A DNA stretch of 64,000 bases from a virus: the IMG/VR virus record IMGVR_UViG_3300023202_000336, positions 1 to 64,000 of that record. One strand, written 5' to 3'. The notes under the pieces were generated by a model that searched no databases, was not told the DNA's origin, and saw only the letters and a list, made by a program, of their open reading frames with translations. Positions 53,813 through 63,560 of the stretch are shown in pieces (the stretch's first letter is position 1; each line of letters starts with the position of its first letter). A program made the translations under genes and the position numbers.

Positions 53813-55687
53813 ATGGCTGATATCACGACTGTTGGTACGATTCTTATTAATGACGCGCTGCCTGAGGATATGCGTAAGAAGGAGCATCGTCTCGATAAAA
53901 AAGGTGTTCACGAGCTGTTTATGGAGCTCGCGAAGAAACATCCGGAGAAATACAGCGCGGTTCTGCAAGAACTTTCGAATGTAGGAAAAACGGCTGCATG
54001 GACCGAGGGGCTGAGCGTGAGTCTCGCGGCGCTTCGTAAATCGAAAGCGAAAGAAGCGATATTGCAGCCGGTCAGAGAGAGAATCAGAGCGATCGTCGAT
54101 GACGATGATCTCAATGATGAAGAGCGAAACGAAGCTATTATTAACGAGCTTATGAAGGTTTCGAACGATCTGACGGAGGCCATTTACGAAGAGTCGAAAG
54201 CGGAGGGATCGCCTTTCGCAGTTCAGATCGAAAGCGGTGCGCGTGGAAAGAAGTCGAATCTCGCAAGTCTCCGAGGGGCCGATTTACTCGCGACTGACCA
54301 AAACGATAACTTCATTCCTGTTCCGATATGGAACTCATATGCCGAAGGGCTCACTCCGGCGCAATATTTTGCTGCGAGTTACGGGCAGCGGAAAGGTATG
54401 CTGAATACGAAGCTCGCGACGGCAGATGCTGGATTCCTCTCCAAACAGCTCGTGAACGCTGCACATCGGCAGGTTGTTACGAGGGACGAGCCTGAGGCGA
54501 CGCGCCTTCCAGTGGGCCTTCCGACGAGGACGGACGATAAAGATAACATTGGAGCCGTTCTCGCCCAGGACGTCGGTAAGTATACAGCTGGAACCGTTCT
54601 CGACGATGAGACGCTCGAAGACCTCCAGGACGAAGGTATCGAGGACATTCTCGTGCATTCGATCATGACCGAGCCGTCTGCGGACGGGGGCGTGAGTGCA
54701 CAAGCGGCAGGACATCGTACCCGTGAAGGACTTCATCAGCTGGGGGACAATATCGGTATCCCTGCCGCGCAAGCGGTTGGCGAACGATTGAGCCAGGGAT
54801 CTTTATCGGCGAAGCACTCCGCTGGAGTTTCAGATCGTGTCAGTAAATCTGGGTTCGAGTACATCAATCGCCTCATCCAGGCTCCCGAGAGCTTTCCCGA
54901 GGCAGGACCGCTCGCGGAAGAAGATGGCTTGGTCGAAGACGTCCGTGAAGCTCCGCAGGGTGGTAACTATATCCGCGTGAAGAAGCGCGAGTATTACATC
55001 CCTCCGGGCTTGAACGTGACGGTCAAGGTCGGCGACGAGGTAGAGCAGGGTGATGACCTCAGCGATGGGACGCCGCACCCAGGAGATCTGGTTCGCCTTC
55101 GCGGGATCGGCGAAGCGAGGCGGGTTTACATGCAGAACCTCAAGGAGGCGCTCGATGCCTCGGGAGTCGACGCACATCGACGCAACGTTGAGGCTGTTAC
55201 GGCCGGGCTGATAAATTGGGCACGTGTGACCGACCCTGACGGCATCGATCAGCACATTTACGATGACGTAGTTCCTTTCAACAACTTGGCTTACAGCTAT
55301 AAGCCTCGTGCTGACGCTGAAGAACTCGAACCGAAGAAGCTCGTAGGACGTTACCTGGAGGAGCCGGTCCTCCATTATACGCCAGGAACACGGGTGACCC
55401 GGAAGATCGCGAAGGATCTCGAGAAGTGGAAGATCAAGAAGGCGTTCGGTCACCAGGATCCGCCCGAATTCGAGCCCCACATGGTCCGCGGTCTTCACAG
55501 TATTTTCCACGATCCGGACTGGAGGACCCGTCTTTCAGGCTTTTATACTGCTTCGGCCTTCCAGAAATCACTTCACCGAGGGCGCGAATCTGATGTCCAG
55601 AGCACGAGTTACGTCCCGTCTCTGACGACACCGCAGGTGCTCGGCCGGCAGCTGAAGACGCTTGGCAAGTACGGTCAGCAGAGATAG
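53813..55687 (+). CDS. rpoC: RNA polymerase beta' C-terminal half
   Basis: SGARG, EGLTPAQYFAASYGQRKG...TADAGFLSKQL (bridge helix), GIPAAQAVGERLSQ...KH (trigger loop), VKVGDEVEQGDDLSDG. Confidence 0.95.
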   Translation: MADITTVGTILINDALPEDMRKKEHRLDKKGVHELFMELAKKHPEKYSAVLQELSNVGKTAAWTEGLSVSLAALRKSKAKEAILQPVRERIRAIVDDDDLNDEERNEAIINELMKVSNDLTEAIYEESKAEGSPFAVQIESGARGKKSNLASLRGADLLATDQNDNFIPVPIWNSYAEGLTPAQYFAASYGQRKGMLNTKLATADAGFLSKQLVNAAHRQVVTRDEPEATRLPVGLPTRTDDKDNIGAVLAQDVGKYTAGTVLDDETLEDLQDEGIEDILVHSIMTEPSADGGVSAQAAGHRTREGLHQLGDNIGIPAAQAVGERLSQGSLSAKHSAGVSDRVSKSGFEYINRLIQAPESFPEAGPLAEEDGLVEDVREAPQGGNYIRVKKREYYIPPGLNVTVKVGDEVEQGDDLSDGTPHPGDLVRLRGIGEARRVYMQNLKEALDASGVDAHRRNVEAVTAGLINWARVTDPDGIDQHIYDDVVPFNNLAYSYKPRADAEELEPKKLVGRYLEEPVLHYTPGTRVTRKIAKDLEKWKIKKAFGHQDPPEFEPHMVRGLHSIFHDPDWRTRLSGFYTASAFQKSLHRGRESDVQSTSYVPSLTTPQVLGRQLKTLGKYGQQR

Positions 55688-55711
55688 ACTTTCTGAAACG
55701 GTAGGATCACT

Positions 55712-58015
55712 ATGCCCAACACGAGTGAGACGGCTCTCGAGAAGACCTTTTCCGACCTGGCGTATTCACATCTCCGGGACCAGAGCCAATCGCTTCTGGA
55801 TTATCTGGTCGGATTCCAGCTTCTGAAGTCCGAGGACGACGGTGAGCGCGCGGTCGGGATTTTCGGTTTCGAGGTCGATAACGACTATTACTACGCCCCG
55901 ATCTTCTTCCTGAACGGAGAGATTCGTGGGCTCGATACGCTTTATTCGGTGAAATCGGATCTCTTTATGCCGATTACCGAGGGCTGGGTCAATCACGTGA
56001 TCAATCGTCGGCAGGCGAATCTCGGCGATTCTGACCGCCGTGACCGTCGTGCTCGTGGCATCAACTACCCGAACTACACCCGATTGAAGATCATTCCCGG
56101 CGGGTCTGGCTCGGTGAATCTGAAGTTGGCGTCTGAGCAGCGTGAGGCGATGATCACGGCGATGACTTCGGAGCGTGAGATCCCGAGACTCAACCTGATT
56201 CAGGGCCTCAAGGAGGCCGGTGCGACCGAGTTCTTCAAGGAGGCGATGGAGCGTCATCCGAGAATGCTGGAGGCGTTCAATCAGTTCTACAATGTTTTCG
56301 ATCTCGAGCCTCAGCGGAAGCAGGCGGCCGAGGAGAAAGATCTTCCCGAGCCGGTGACGATCATTACGTCGATGACGGACGAGGGGGTCGATCAGCTGAC
56401 CGACGAGCAGCGTGAGACGCTTCTTGAAGGCGGCGAGGTTGCGATCGATAACCGTCCGGAAGTCTCTCGTTCGATCCTGTACAAGAAGGAAATCAAGCAG
56501 GTACTCGAGAACCCGACTAAGGGCGGCCTCTACGATGTCCTGTGGTACGATGGTTCGGTCTATCCGGCGCTGATCGCCCCGACCGGATCGTCGAAGAATG
56601 AGGTCACGGTCTATTGCCCTGAATTCGATATGCATTGCGAGATCGACAGTCGCTGTGTGTTCATCGCCCGTCGTTACGGCGATGAAGAGTTGCGCCGCTG
56701 GCTCGAGGATAACGCGGTGCCTGCGAGCGAGGCCCGCCCTGGGCAGTCCGGTATTTTCGTGAGCACCGAAGGCGAAGGGACTGGCGCTTTCTGTATCGAG
56801 GGGGCGACCCAGGGCGTCGACGGTTTGACGATTTACATCGTGCATGACACCTATGAGATGAGGGCGCTCGACGGCCATAGCGGACTGAACGTGATAGGTG
56901 GAGCTTCGCGCGGCAATAACGGAAATCCGACGCCGAATATGTATAAGGAACTGTCTTTCGGCGGAAGCGGGATGCATCACATGATCCCCGGGTTTTCGAA
57001 TCGCCCGGCGGAGGACCCGAACTGCCGCGTCAGTTCGATTATCGTCGCTCCCGAAGGCGGGTCGAATCCTCGGTACTCGAAGGACAAGTGCATCGTCAAT
57101 GACAAACACTTCTACTTCTTGAAGCTGAACAACTTCACGCTTCGTAAGCCTGAGTACGATGACCTTAATACGGCTCGGAGAGAGGAAGAGAAGTACAACG
57201 CGCCGAAGTACGACGTTGTCTTGAGCAAGACCGATTTCGGAAACTACGATACGCTTGCTGAAGGCCTCGATAAGGTTGCGGGCGACCTCAAGTCGTGGAA
57301 CGACGGAGATCAGATCGTGATCGACAGTGAGATCGGTCGTTACTCGATGAACAAGACTGCCGCCTTCAGACACCTGATGGTCGATCAGGGGCTTGGAGAA
57401 GATGACGCGAAGTTGGTGCTCAAGGAAGCCTCGCGTCAGCCGAGTACCTACAAGATCAAGAAGGTCGCAGCGTCCGAGACCCAGCTTCTTCAGCTTCCTG
57501 ATGTCGATGATACCGATGTTGGAGGGCTGCTCTCGTCGTTCCATCGGACACAGGTCCCGTATGCCACGGCGAATCAGGCTCAGACGATCGATAACCGTGA
57601 GTTCTATCGCTACTACTCTCCGTACGGGAGTGGTGGAGCGCCGGATAATGAGACGGACACGTTCTCCGTTCTTGAAGAGGCCGGAAAGACGGGTCAGAAG
57701 GATGTCTTCGATGCAGCGGCGCTTGCGTCGTTGATCAAGAATCATAACCCGACCGATCTCGTCGATCGGTTCCTTCCGACGATCGTTTCCGGGATGGACC
57801 GTATCGGCCGGATGCTGTTCCTGATCTACTGGCACTACGAGGACTTTGAAGAGCGCTACGGGGAGAACGACCTCAGCGAGCTGATCGATAATCTCCGTTC
57901 CGTCTTCGAGCAGCTGGGAGATGTGATCATCTCGGCGAAGAAACGGACGCTTTCTGGCGATCCCGAACATTACGGAATGGAAGCAGCTCCGCTTCTTGAA
58001 GGCGGAATGTCGTGA
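55712..58015 (+). CDS. Large K-x-A-cohort virion/head protein
   Basis: KLAS, KQAA, KVAG, KTAA, KEAS, KVAA. Confidence 0.8.
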   Translation: MPNTSETALEKTFSDLAYSHLRDQSQSLLDYLVGFQLLKSEDDGERAVGIFGFEVDNDYYYAPIFFLNGEIRGLDTLYSVKSDLFMPITEGWVNHVINRRQANLGDSDRRDRRARGINYPNYTRLKIIPGGSGSVNLKLASEQREAMITAMTSEREIPRLNLIQGLKEAGATEFFKEAMERHPRMLEAFNQFYNVFDLEPQRKQAAEEKDLPEPVTIITSMTDEGVDQLTDEQRETLLEGGEVAIDNRPEVSRSILYKKEIKQVLENPTKGGLYDVLWYDGSVYPALIAPTGSSKNEVTVYCPEFDMHCEIDSRCVFIARRYGDEELRRWLEDNAVPASEARPGQSGIFVSTEGEGTGAFCIEGATQGVDGLTIYIVHDTYEMRALDGHSGLNVIGGASRGNNGNPTPNMYKELSFGGSGMHHMIPGFSNRPAEDPNCRVSSIIVAPEGGSNPRYSKDKCIVNDKHFYFLKLNNFTLRKPEYDDLNTARREEEKYNAPKYDVVLSKTDFGNYDTLAEGLDKVAGDLKSWNDGDQIVIDSEIGRYSMNKTAAFRHLMVDQGLGEDDAKLVLKEASRQPSTYKIKKVAASETQLLQLPDVDDTDVGGLLSSFHRTQVPYATANQAQTIDNREFYRYYSPYGSGGAPDNETDTFSVLEEAGKTGQKDVFDAAALASLIKNHNPTDLVDRFLPTIVSGMDRIGRMLFLIYWHYEDFEERYGENDLSELIDNLRSVFEQLGDVIISAKKRTLSGDPEHYGMEAAPLLEGGMS

Positions 58016-58026
58016 AATAGGAACCT

Positions 58027-58248
58027 ATGCGCAAGGAAAACGCAGCTCAGATACTCAGGCGGATCTTTGAGAAGAACGCTGAAGGGGAAGGAGGCCCTCC
58101 GTTGAGGACCGACTCCGGGTATGATTACGGGACCGTCTCTTCGGCTGTCCAGAAGGAATCACCGCAGCAGGGCGAGCGCGGGTTGATGAACAGCTCGAAA
58201 ACTGCTTCGATCCTTTCGAAGACTTTTCATAAGCTCGCAAATCGATAA
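58027..58248 (+). CDS. Small K-x-A-cohort protein
   Basis: AGGA SD; KNAE, KTAS, KLAN within 73 aa. Confidence 0.7.
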   Translation: MRKENAAQILRRIFEKNAEGEGGPPLRTDSGYDYGTVSSAVQKESPQQGERGLMNSSKTASILSKTFHKLANR

Positions 58249-58277
58249 CCTCATAAAACCTTACAGGGAGTAGATTC

Positions 58278-58469
58278 ATGGCTTTGACCAAGAAGGCGGC
58301 TGCTGAGAAGCTGGCGCAGGATGCTCAGAACGATCGCGAGAACGCGTTCGAGTTCGGGTTCTACAAGATCGCGCAGGATCTCGGCCTCAGCGAGGACGAG
58401 TACTCGAACTTCTATCAGGCAGGACTCGACAAGTTCGCGACCGCGTACGAGCAGGAAAACAGTAAGTAA
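58278..58469 (+). CDS. Small K-x-A-cohort protein
   Basis: GGGAG SD; MALTKKAAAEKLAQ; FEFGFYKIAQ resembles FRFGFVKAAR in 43146. Confidence 0.75.
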   Translation: MALTKKAAAEKLAQDAQNDRENAFEFGFYKIAQDLGLSEDEYSNFYQAGLDKFATAYEQENSK

Positions 58470-58473
58470 TTCG

Positions 58474-59265
58474 ATGCTGATAGCGCCGAGCCGCCCTGAC
58501 TGGCGTTGGGCGCGAGTTGCCGAGCTTTCTCAGTATTCGGATACGCGAGCCCTCGCTCGTCTTTCGAAAGACGATCAGCAGACGCAACGTGCGTTTCGCT
58601 TCAAGCGTGCTTTCGACCGTGGTGCCGGTGACGAGTATCCAGAACTACTCGCAGCGCACGATGTTTTCGTCGAAGACCAGGACCGCCGCGGGATTCTCGA
58701 AGGGTTTCTGCTGACAGGGGCTTCGAACGAGGAGATTAGCGAGCATAACTGGGTCGACCCGAAAGTTGTTCAGGACTATCACGATATCTTCTTTGATGTC
58801 CGAGAAGGCCTGAAACACCCGGGATGGATCTGCTCAGCGGTCTTCAACGGGATGCCGCATAAAGGTGCGCACGCCGGTGATAAGATCGGGATGGCACATC
58901 GTTTCGCTTGGTTCGGCGGATTCGACCTCTTCAAGCGGATGGTGGTACAGGGGCTTGCCCCCGCTGAGACTCACGAGGTGCTTAGGAGCATCACTCGGGA
59001 CGTGCTCATGAAGAACTCGGTCGAATCGGCGCTGAGCTATGGGAGTCGCGGCGATATCGCTCACGAGTACATGCGGATGGCCTTTAACAAGGATAACTTC
59101 GAAGACGATGACGCGAAATCGATGGATACCGATTACGAGAAGGCAGTCGACGCGTTCTTTACAGGGATCGGTATCTCCGTTGCGGATGCAACTGATTCGC
59201 GTAATTTGGAAGCACCGAAACAAGAGCCCCGCGAGGCCGATTACGAGGTAGTCAAAGATGGCTGA
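58474..59265 (+). CDS. Hypothetical protein
   Basis: ATG 4 nt after the previous stop; RPDWRW N-terminus; overlaps the next start. Confidence 0.75.
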   Translation: MLIAPSRPDWRWARVAELSQYSDTRALARLSKDDQQTQRAFRFKRAFDRGAGDEYPELLAAHDVFVEDQDRRGILEGFLLTGASNEEISEHNWVDPKVVQDYHDIFFDVREGLKHPGWICSAVFNGMPHKGAHAGDKIGMAHRFAWFGGFDLFKRMVVQGLAPAETHEVLRSITRDVLMKNSVESALSYGSRGDIAHEYMRMAFNKDNFEDDDAKSMDTDYEKAVDAFFTGIGISVADATDSRNLEAPKQEPREADYEVVKDG

Positions 59266-60634
59266 TAATCTTATGAGCGACCAGCGGCATACTGAACTGA
59301 TGAAGGCAGCTGAAGCCTGCATCGGTCTGATGAACGTTGGTGTTCGCCCGAATCCGGCGCTTGCGAAGATCGCTGACGATCATCATATGAACGAGAAGGA
59401 AGTCTCGTTGGTCAGTCATGCGGTGAATAACTCGAAGCAGCTGGCGCACCTTCAGACGACTTCTCCCGAGAAGAGAGAAGAGGAGTTTCCGATTACCGAC
59501 GCCGAAGAGGTGAAGGTGATTCGGACGCAGCCTTTGACGAATGCTGAGGACGACCCAGGTGATCGGTACGGGCCTCAGGACGAGAAGGGTGAGACGACTA
59601 AACAGAAGTATCATGAGAATGATGCGCTCGATATCAAGGAGGAGCTGGATAAGGAAGCTGCCGCCTCTTATAGCGAGAACTCGGACTTCCGCCTTCAGCC
59701 GTCCCAGCCTGATGCCGTTTCGACGCTGAGATCAGCTTGGGGCCTCGAGAAGGGGGTTCCGAAGCTCGCTGAGTACGAGGATCCCAACCCGTTTGCGAAG
59801 CTCGACTACTATCGGATTGGTGTGGAAGAGGCGCGACTCAAGTACGCCGCTGCACGTGATCAGGCCATTTCAGCGATTAATTCGCTTTCGGAGAGCTTTC
59901 GTCGAGTCGATGCGCCGCGTTTCGCTGAGTTCGAGAAAGCGGCGGCTGCAACCGGCGTGTCCCGGCGGACGCTCGATTTCATCTACGAAGCCGGTCGTCT
60001 CGAGAAGTTCGGGGAAGAGCGTGCCGATTTGACCCAGAAGCTGGCGTCGCCGCTCTATATTACTTCGAAGACGAATGAGTATGTTCAGAAGAGTGTATGC
60101 GCGGACAATTTTCTCAAAGAAGCGATCGACGCGTCAGCGGCGCTAAGTGTAATCAAGAAGAGGGCTGAAGCTGCTTCTCCGAAGATCGCTGGAGATACTC
60201 CGACCGGAGTTCCTGGTGACATCTTCAAGATCGACCTCGACCCGCAGCCTGCGGAAGAGGCTCTCTCGAGAGCTCCGTCTGAGTTTCTCGGTCTCGGAGA
60301 GGACCCGGTTGAGGGGATCCGTGGTATCGCTGGGATAGGTGAAGCTGAAAAAGATAAGAAAGAGCCTCGTCTTTCGCAGGAAGCGACGCAGGAGATGGCA
60401 AACTTCGAGGCTCGTGCCGTGCTCGAAGAGTTGATGGAAGACCCAGTGGTCGGCGGGTATAGCATGCCGGAAGTGGTTGAAGCCTATAACGCCGCGATGT
60501 CGGTGAATCCGAACTTTGGAAAGGCGGCGTTGACGAGCTACATGCGTCAGCATCTGGCCACCGAAGGCGCGGTTCCGCTCGATCTCCAGCTGAGAGCTTC
60601 TCCGCGCACGCCTGCTGGGGTGGGAGGAGACTAA
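59258..60634 (+). CDS. K-x-A-cohort head protein
   Basis: MKAA, KEAA, KAAA, KLAS, KRAE, KIAG. Confidence 0.8.
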   Translation: MADNLMSDQRHTELMKAAEACIGLMNVGVRPNPALAKIADDHHMNEKEVSLVSHAVNNSKQLAHLQTTSPEKREEEFPITDAEEVKVIRTQPLTNAEDDPGDRYGPQDEKGETTKQKYHENDALDIKEELDKEAAASYSENSDFRLQPSQPDAVSTLRSAWGLEKGVPKLAEYEDPNPFAKLDYYRIGVEEARLKYAAARDQAISAINSLSESFRRVDAPRFAEFEKAAAATGVSRRTLDFIYEAGRLEKFGEERADLTQKLASPLYITSKTNEYVQKSVCADNFLKEAIDASAALSVIKKRAEAASPKIAGDTPTGVPGDIFKIDLDPQPAEEALSRAPSEFLGLGEDPVEGIRGIAGIGEAEKDKKEPRLSQEATQEMANFEARAVLEELMEDPVVGGYSMPEVVEAYNAAMSVNPNFGKAALTSYMRQHLATEGAVPLDLQLRASPRTPAGVGGD

Positions 60635-60635
60635 C

Positions 60636-61619
60636 ATGCCTTTCGCAGAGGTCGCTGCCGACGTTCTGACTGATCCTCAGAAGCAGATGAAAGTTGCCGC
60701 GGAGGTGGGTGACGAGGAGGCGCAGTCTGCTGAGGAGCGTGCGAAGAGTCGTCGTCTCAAGGCGATTCTTTATACGTTGGCGGGGATCGGTACCGTAGGG
60801 CTTGGTTCTTACTTTCTTCTCAAACACCCCGATAAGGTCGCTGAAGGGGTGAGAAAGGTTTTTGGTGGAGAGGAAGAGCCAGAGCAGACCGCTGCAGAAC
60901 GTTTGAAAGGAGCGGTTACCTCTCCGAGTATAGCGGGCGGTCTTGCTTACCTCGGTGCCGGAACTCGAACTGGCGCTTCGTATCTTCCGAGGACGCTTCA
61001 GAAGTTTCCGTTCTTTACGGGTGACCGTGCGCTTTCGCTCGAAAATCTTCGAAAGCATATTGCCGCGGTCTCAACACCTGAAGGTCAGACAGCAGCCGCG
61101 CAGGCGAAGACCCCTGATCAGAGGCTCGGGGCTCTTATGACGGATCTTCCAGAGCTGGAGCAGCGCAGAAAGTTGCATAAAGAGCTGGGAAGGGCTCGAG
61201 GCAGAGAGGGGTCGATATTGAATCTCATCGCTGCTGATCCGAAACTTAAGCGCATAGATGAGATCTTGCAACTTCCTCGTGCGCAACAGCAGGCGCTGAT
61301 AAAGAAATTGAAGGCCCCGGCAAGGACCATTCCCGGTCTTTCCGGCCTCCAAGACGTACGGTTCATGAAGAACCTTGAGCGCGGCTTAGGAGAACTCGCA
61401 GCACAGGAAGGAAGGAAAACTCCTGGAGCAGGAGAGCGCGCGAGAGCTGTTAGGCGCTTTCTTGGAGCGGATCCTGAGACGCTTCACGGTGCGCTGAGGT
61501 CGTACCGGAAGGCACGTGCTCCGAGAAGTTTCTGGGGAGGCGTCGGGCGAGCTGCTGTTGTTCCGACGGCAACTATGGTCCCCGGTGCGCTTGAGACTTA
61601 TGAGGCATGGACTGACTAA
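60636..61619 (+). CDS. Gly-zipper K-x-A-cohort protein
   Basis: GGAGGA SD; KVAA; ILYTLAGIGTVGLGSYFLL hydrophobic helix. Confidence 0.78.
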   Translation: MPFAEVAADVLTDPQKQMKVAAEVGDEEAQSAEERAKSRRLKAILYTLAGIGTVGLGSYFLLKHPDKVAEGVRKVFGGEEEPEQTAAERLKGAVTSPSIAGGLAYLGAGTRTGASYLPRTLQKFPFFTGDRALSLENLRKHIAAVSTPEGQTAAAQAKTPDQRLGALMTDLPELEQRRKLHKELGRARGREGSILNLIAADPKLKRIDEILQLPRAQQQALIKKLKAPARTIPGLSGLQDVRFMKNLERGLGELAAQEGRKTPGAGERARAVRRFLGADPETLHGALRSYRKARAPRSFWGGVGRAAVVPTATMVPGALETYEAWTD

Positions 61620-63523
61620 TGATTACGAAACTGATCCTTCCGCAGTCGTTTAGTTTCGATGGTCCAGCCGCGTCGTTGGTGCCACTTCATCGCGTCGGAG
61701 GGGCTGATTCGCAATGGTTGCGGAAGCATGCGAGTCATGGAGTCTTTCATGACCTCCTTCGAGACCTGAAGCCGATTCCTGGTAAGTCCGTTATTCATGT
61801 ACTCGCGGTCGGTGACGAGGAGCTGTGGGGCCCGAACCGAAACGGCGACGGGTTCAGTCGTGAAGATAATGTGACCGCGCATCGGACGTTCAAAGACATC
61901 GGTCACGTCTTCAGGCACCACCAGAATGATGATCCGTTCAAGGCCGTCGGTGATATCATCGCTACGGCGCATAACGAGAATATGTCTCGGATCGAGTTAC
62001 TTCTCGGGCTCGATAATACGAAGTGTCGCCGTGAGATCGAAAAGGTCGATAACGACGAAGATCTCCCTGTGAGCATGGGTTGCTTTACGGCCGGTCACTT
62101 TCTGACGCTCGAAGACGGGTCGGTTATTAGGTTAGAGGACGCAGTCGAAGGTCAGCAGGTATTGACGCATTTAGGTAATCGGCTACCTATTACACACGTT
62201 TTTAATCAGGACCCGTATACCGGCACGTTGTATACTCTGAAGGCCCGAACGGTTGAGGACGTTGAGGCTACGGCCGAGCACCCGTTTTTTGTAGTGCGTC
62301 AGGAGCATATTGTTCACACGGGCCGTAAAACACGCCGCGTGGATCCGTCTAAACTTAATCAACTTGATGTTACGTTAGACGCTGACTGGGTTGCTGCGAA
62401 GGATCTTCGGGTAGGCGACTACTTGGTTACTCCCGTGAACCTTGAAGAAGAGCTTCCGGATTACATTCCCCGTACCGACACCCCTGTTCTCGCAAGGCAC
62501 ACGACCAAGGCCTGTCGAGACTTGGAGACTACTCACCGCGGCGGAAGTAGGTTGCGTGTAGATGATTTCATTCTTACACCTATCCGTGATATCTTGTCGC
62601 GAGACGTTGTAGACGAGCCCGTTTACAATATTGAGGTACAGAGTGATAACTCGTACGTGATTAATGGCATCGCGGTTCATAATTCTCTTCAGGATTTCGA
62701 TGTTTGTTCTCATTGTGGTCATAAGGCGCCAACGGCTTCGGATCATTGCGAACATATCAAGAAGATGCTCGGACAGGTCTTGGAGGACGGTACCAAGATC
62801 TACATGAAGAACCCGAAGCCGAAGTACTTCGATCTCAGCCTCGTTTTCAAGCCGGCTGATCGGATCGCGTACACGCTTCGGAAGGTTGCTGCCGCTGGTG
62901 GCGAAGTCATCGGGGGCCACGAACTGGCTGACATGGTTGGTCTCGTCGATTGGACGCATCCGAAGATGGCTGCGAAGCGGACGCTGGCGGCGATGTATAA
63001 AGAGATCCCGATGACGATCCGTCAGGTGACACGTCCGAAGGACGTCCATCCGAATGTCGCTGCGGAGCTCAAAAAGCAGGCGAATCTCCACGGAATCGAC
63101 CAGTTGCTCGGATTCCTGCATTCGAACGGGTGGCTCCTGAGCCCACGTGACTTCGCCGAGGTGATCGGGCACCCCGAGCCTGAGAAGTGCGAAATGGCGG
63201 TTGCGAAGCACGATGGTATGGACGATTTCCTCGACGATCACAGCGAAGTCAAATCGTTGGAAGTCCCTGTCATACAAGACCCTATGACTTTGAGCGGGCG
63301 AGCTCTCGAGGAGCTTGAGGGCGCCTGTTCGATGCATCCTGACAAGGTCCAGAAGCGGGTGATTTCGATTACCGTGACCGGACCTTCAGAGAAGACTGCT
63401 CAGATCGAGGATACGGCTGAAGCGAAGGGGTTGGCAGCGCTGTACAACCACTATAAAGTAGCATTCGCTATGCAGTTCCAGTCTCGGAACGATATCCTTC
63501 GCAACGTCGCAGCTACGTTCTGA
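61619..63523 (+). CDS. Prohead (maturation) protease-like protein with mini-intein and Zn finger
   Basis: NRNGDGF, FRHHQN...GDI (candidate catalytic His) and VSMG (candidate catalytic Ser) resemble HK97/T4-clan proteases; CSHC...HCEH; followed by an acidic scaffold-like gene. Confidence 0.7.
   Translation: MITKLILPQSFSFDGPAASLVPLHRVGGADSQWLRKHASHGVFHDLLRDLKPIPGKSVIHVLAVGDEELWGPNRNGDGFSREDNVTAHRTFKDIGHVFRHHQNDDPFKAVGDIIATAHNENMSRIELLLGLDNTKCRREIEKVDNDEDLPVSMGCFTAGHFLTLEDGSVIRLEDAVEGQQVLTHLGNRLPITHVFNQDPYTGTLYTLKARTVEDVEATAEHPFFVVRQEHIVHTGRKTRRVDPSKLNQLDVTLDADWVAAKDLRVGDYLVTPVNLEEELPDYIPRTDTPVLARHTTKACRDLETTHRGGSRLRVDDFILTPIRDILSRDVVDEPVYNIEVQSDNSYVINGIAVHNSLQDFDVCSHCGHKAPTASDHCEHIKKMLGQVLEDGTKIYMKNPKPKYFDLSLVFKPADRIAYTLRKVAAAGGEVIGGHELADMVGLVDWTHPKMAAKRTLAAMYKEIPMTIRQVTRPKDVHPNVAAELKKQANLHGIDQLLGFLHSNGWLLSPRDFAEVIGHPEPEKCEMAVAKHDGMDDFLDDHSEVKSLEVPVIQDPMTLSGRALEELEGACSMHPDKVQKRVISITVTGPSEKTAQIEDTAEAKGLAALYNHYKVAFAMQFQSRNDILRNVAATF
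62081..62683 (+). mobile_element. Mini-intein (201 aa, no endonuclease)
   Basis: C1 of CFTAGH; TAEHPF block B; ends VYNIEV...YVINGIAVHN with +1 Ser. Confidence 0.93.
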
Positions 63524-63560
63524 GGATTCATTAGAACGTTAACCGCGTAAGGGAACGATC

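Noticed and set aside
45019-55687. Host chromosomal rpoBC operon, or a split caused by sequencing error
   Set aside because: No ribosomal-protein or nusG neighbours, phage structural context, and four intact ORFs separate the halves.
55766-57970. 734-aa minus-strand ORF
   Set aside because: Exact antisense mirror of 55712..58015, expected from strong third-position bias.
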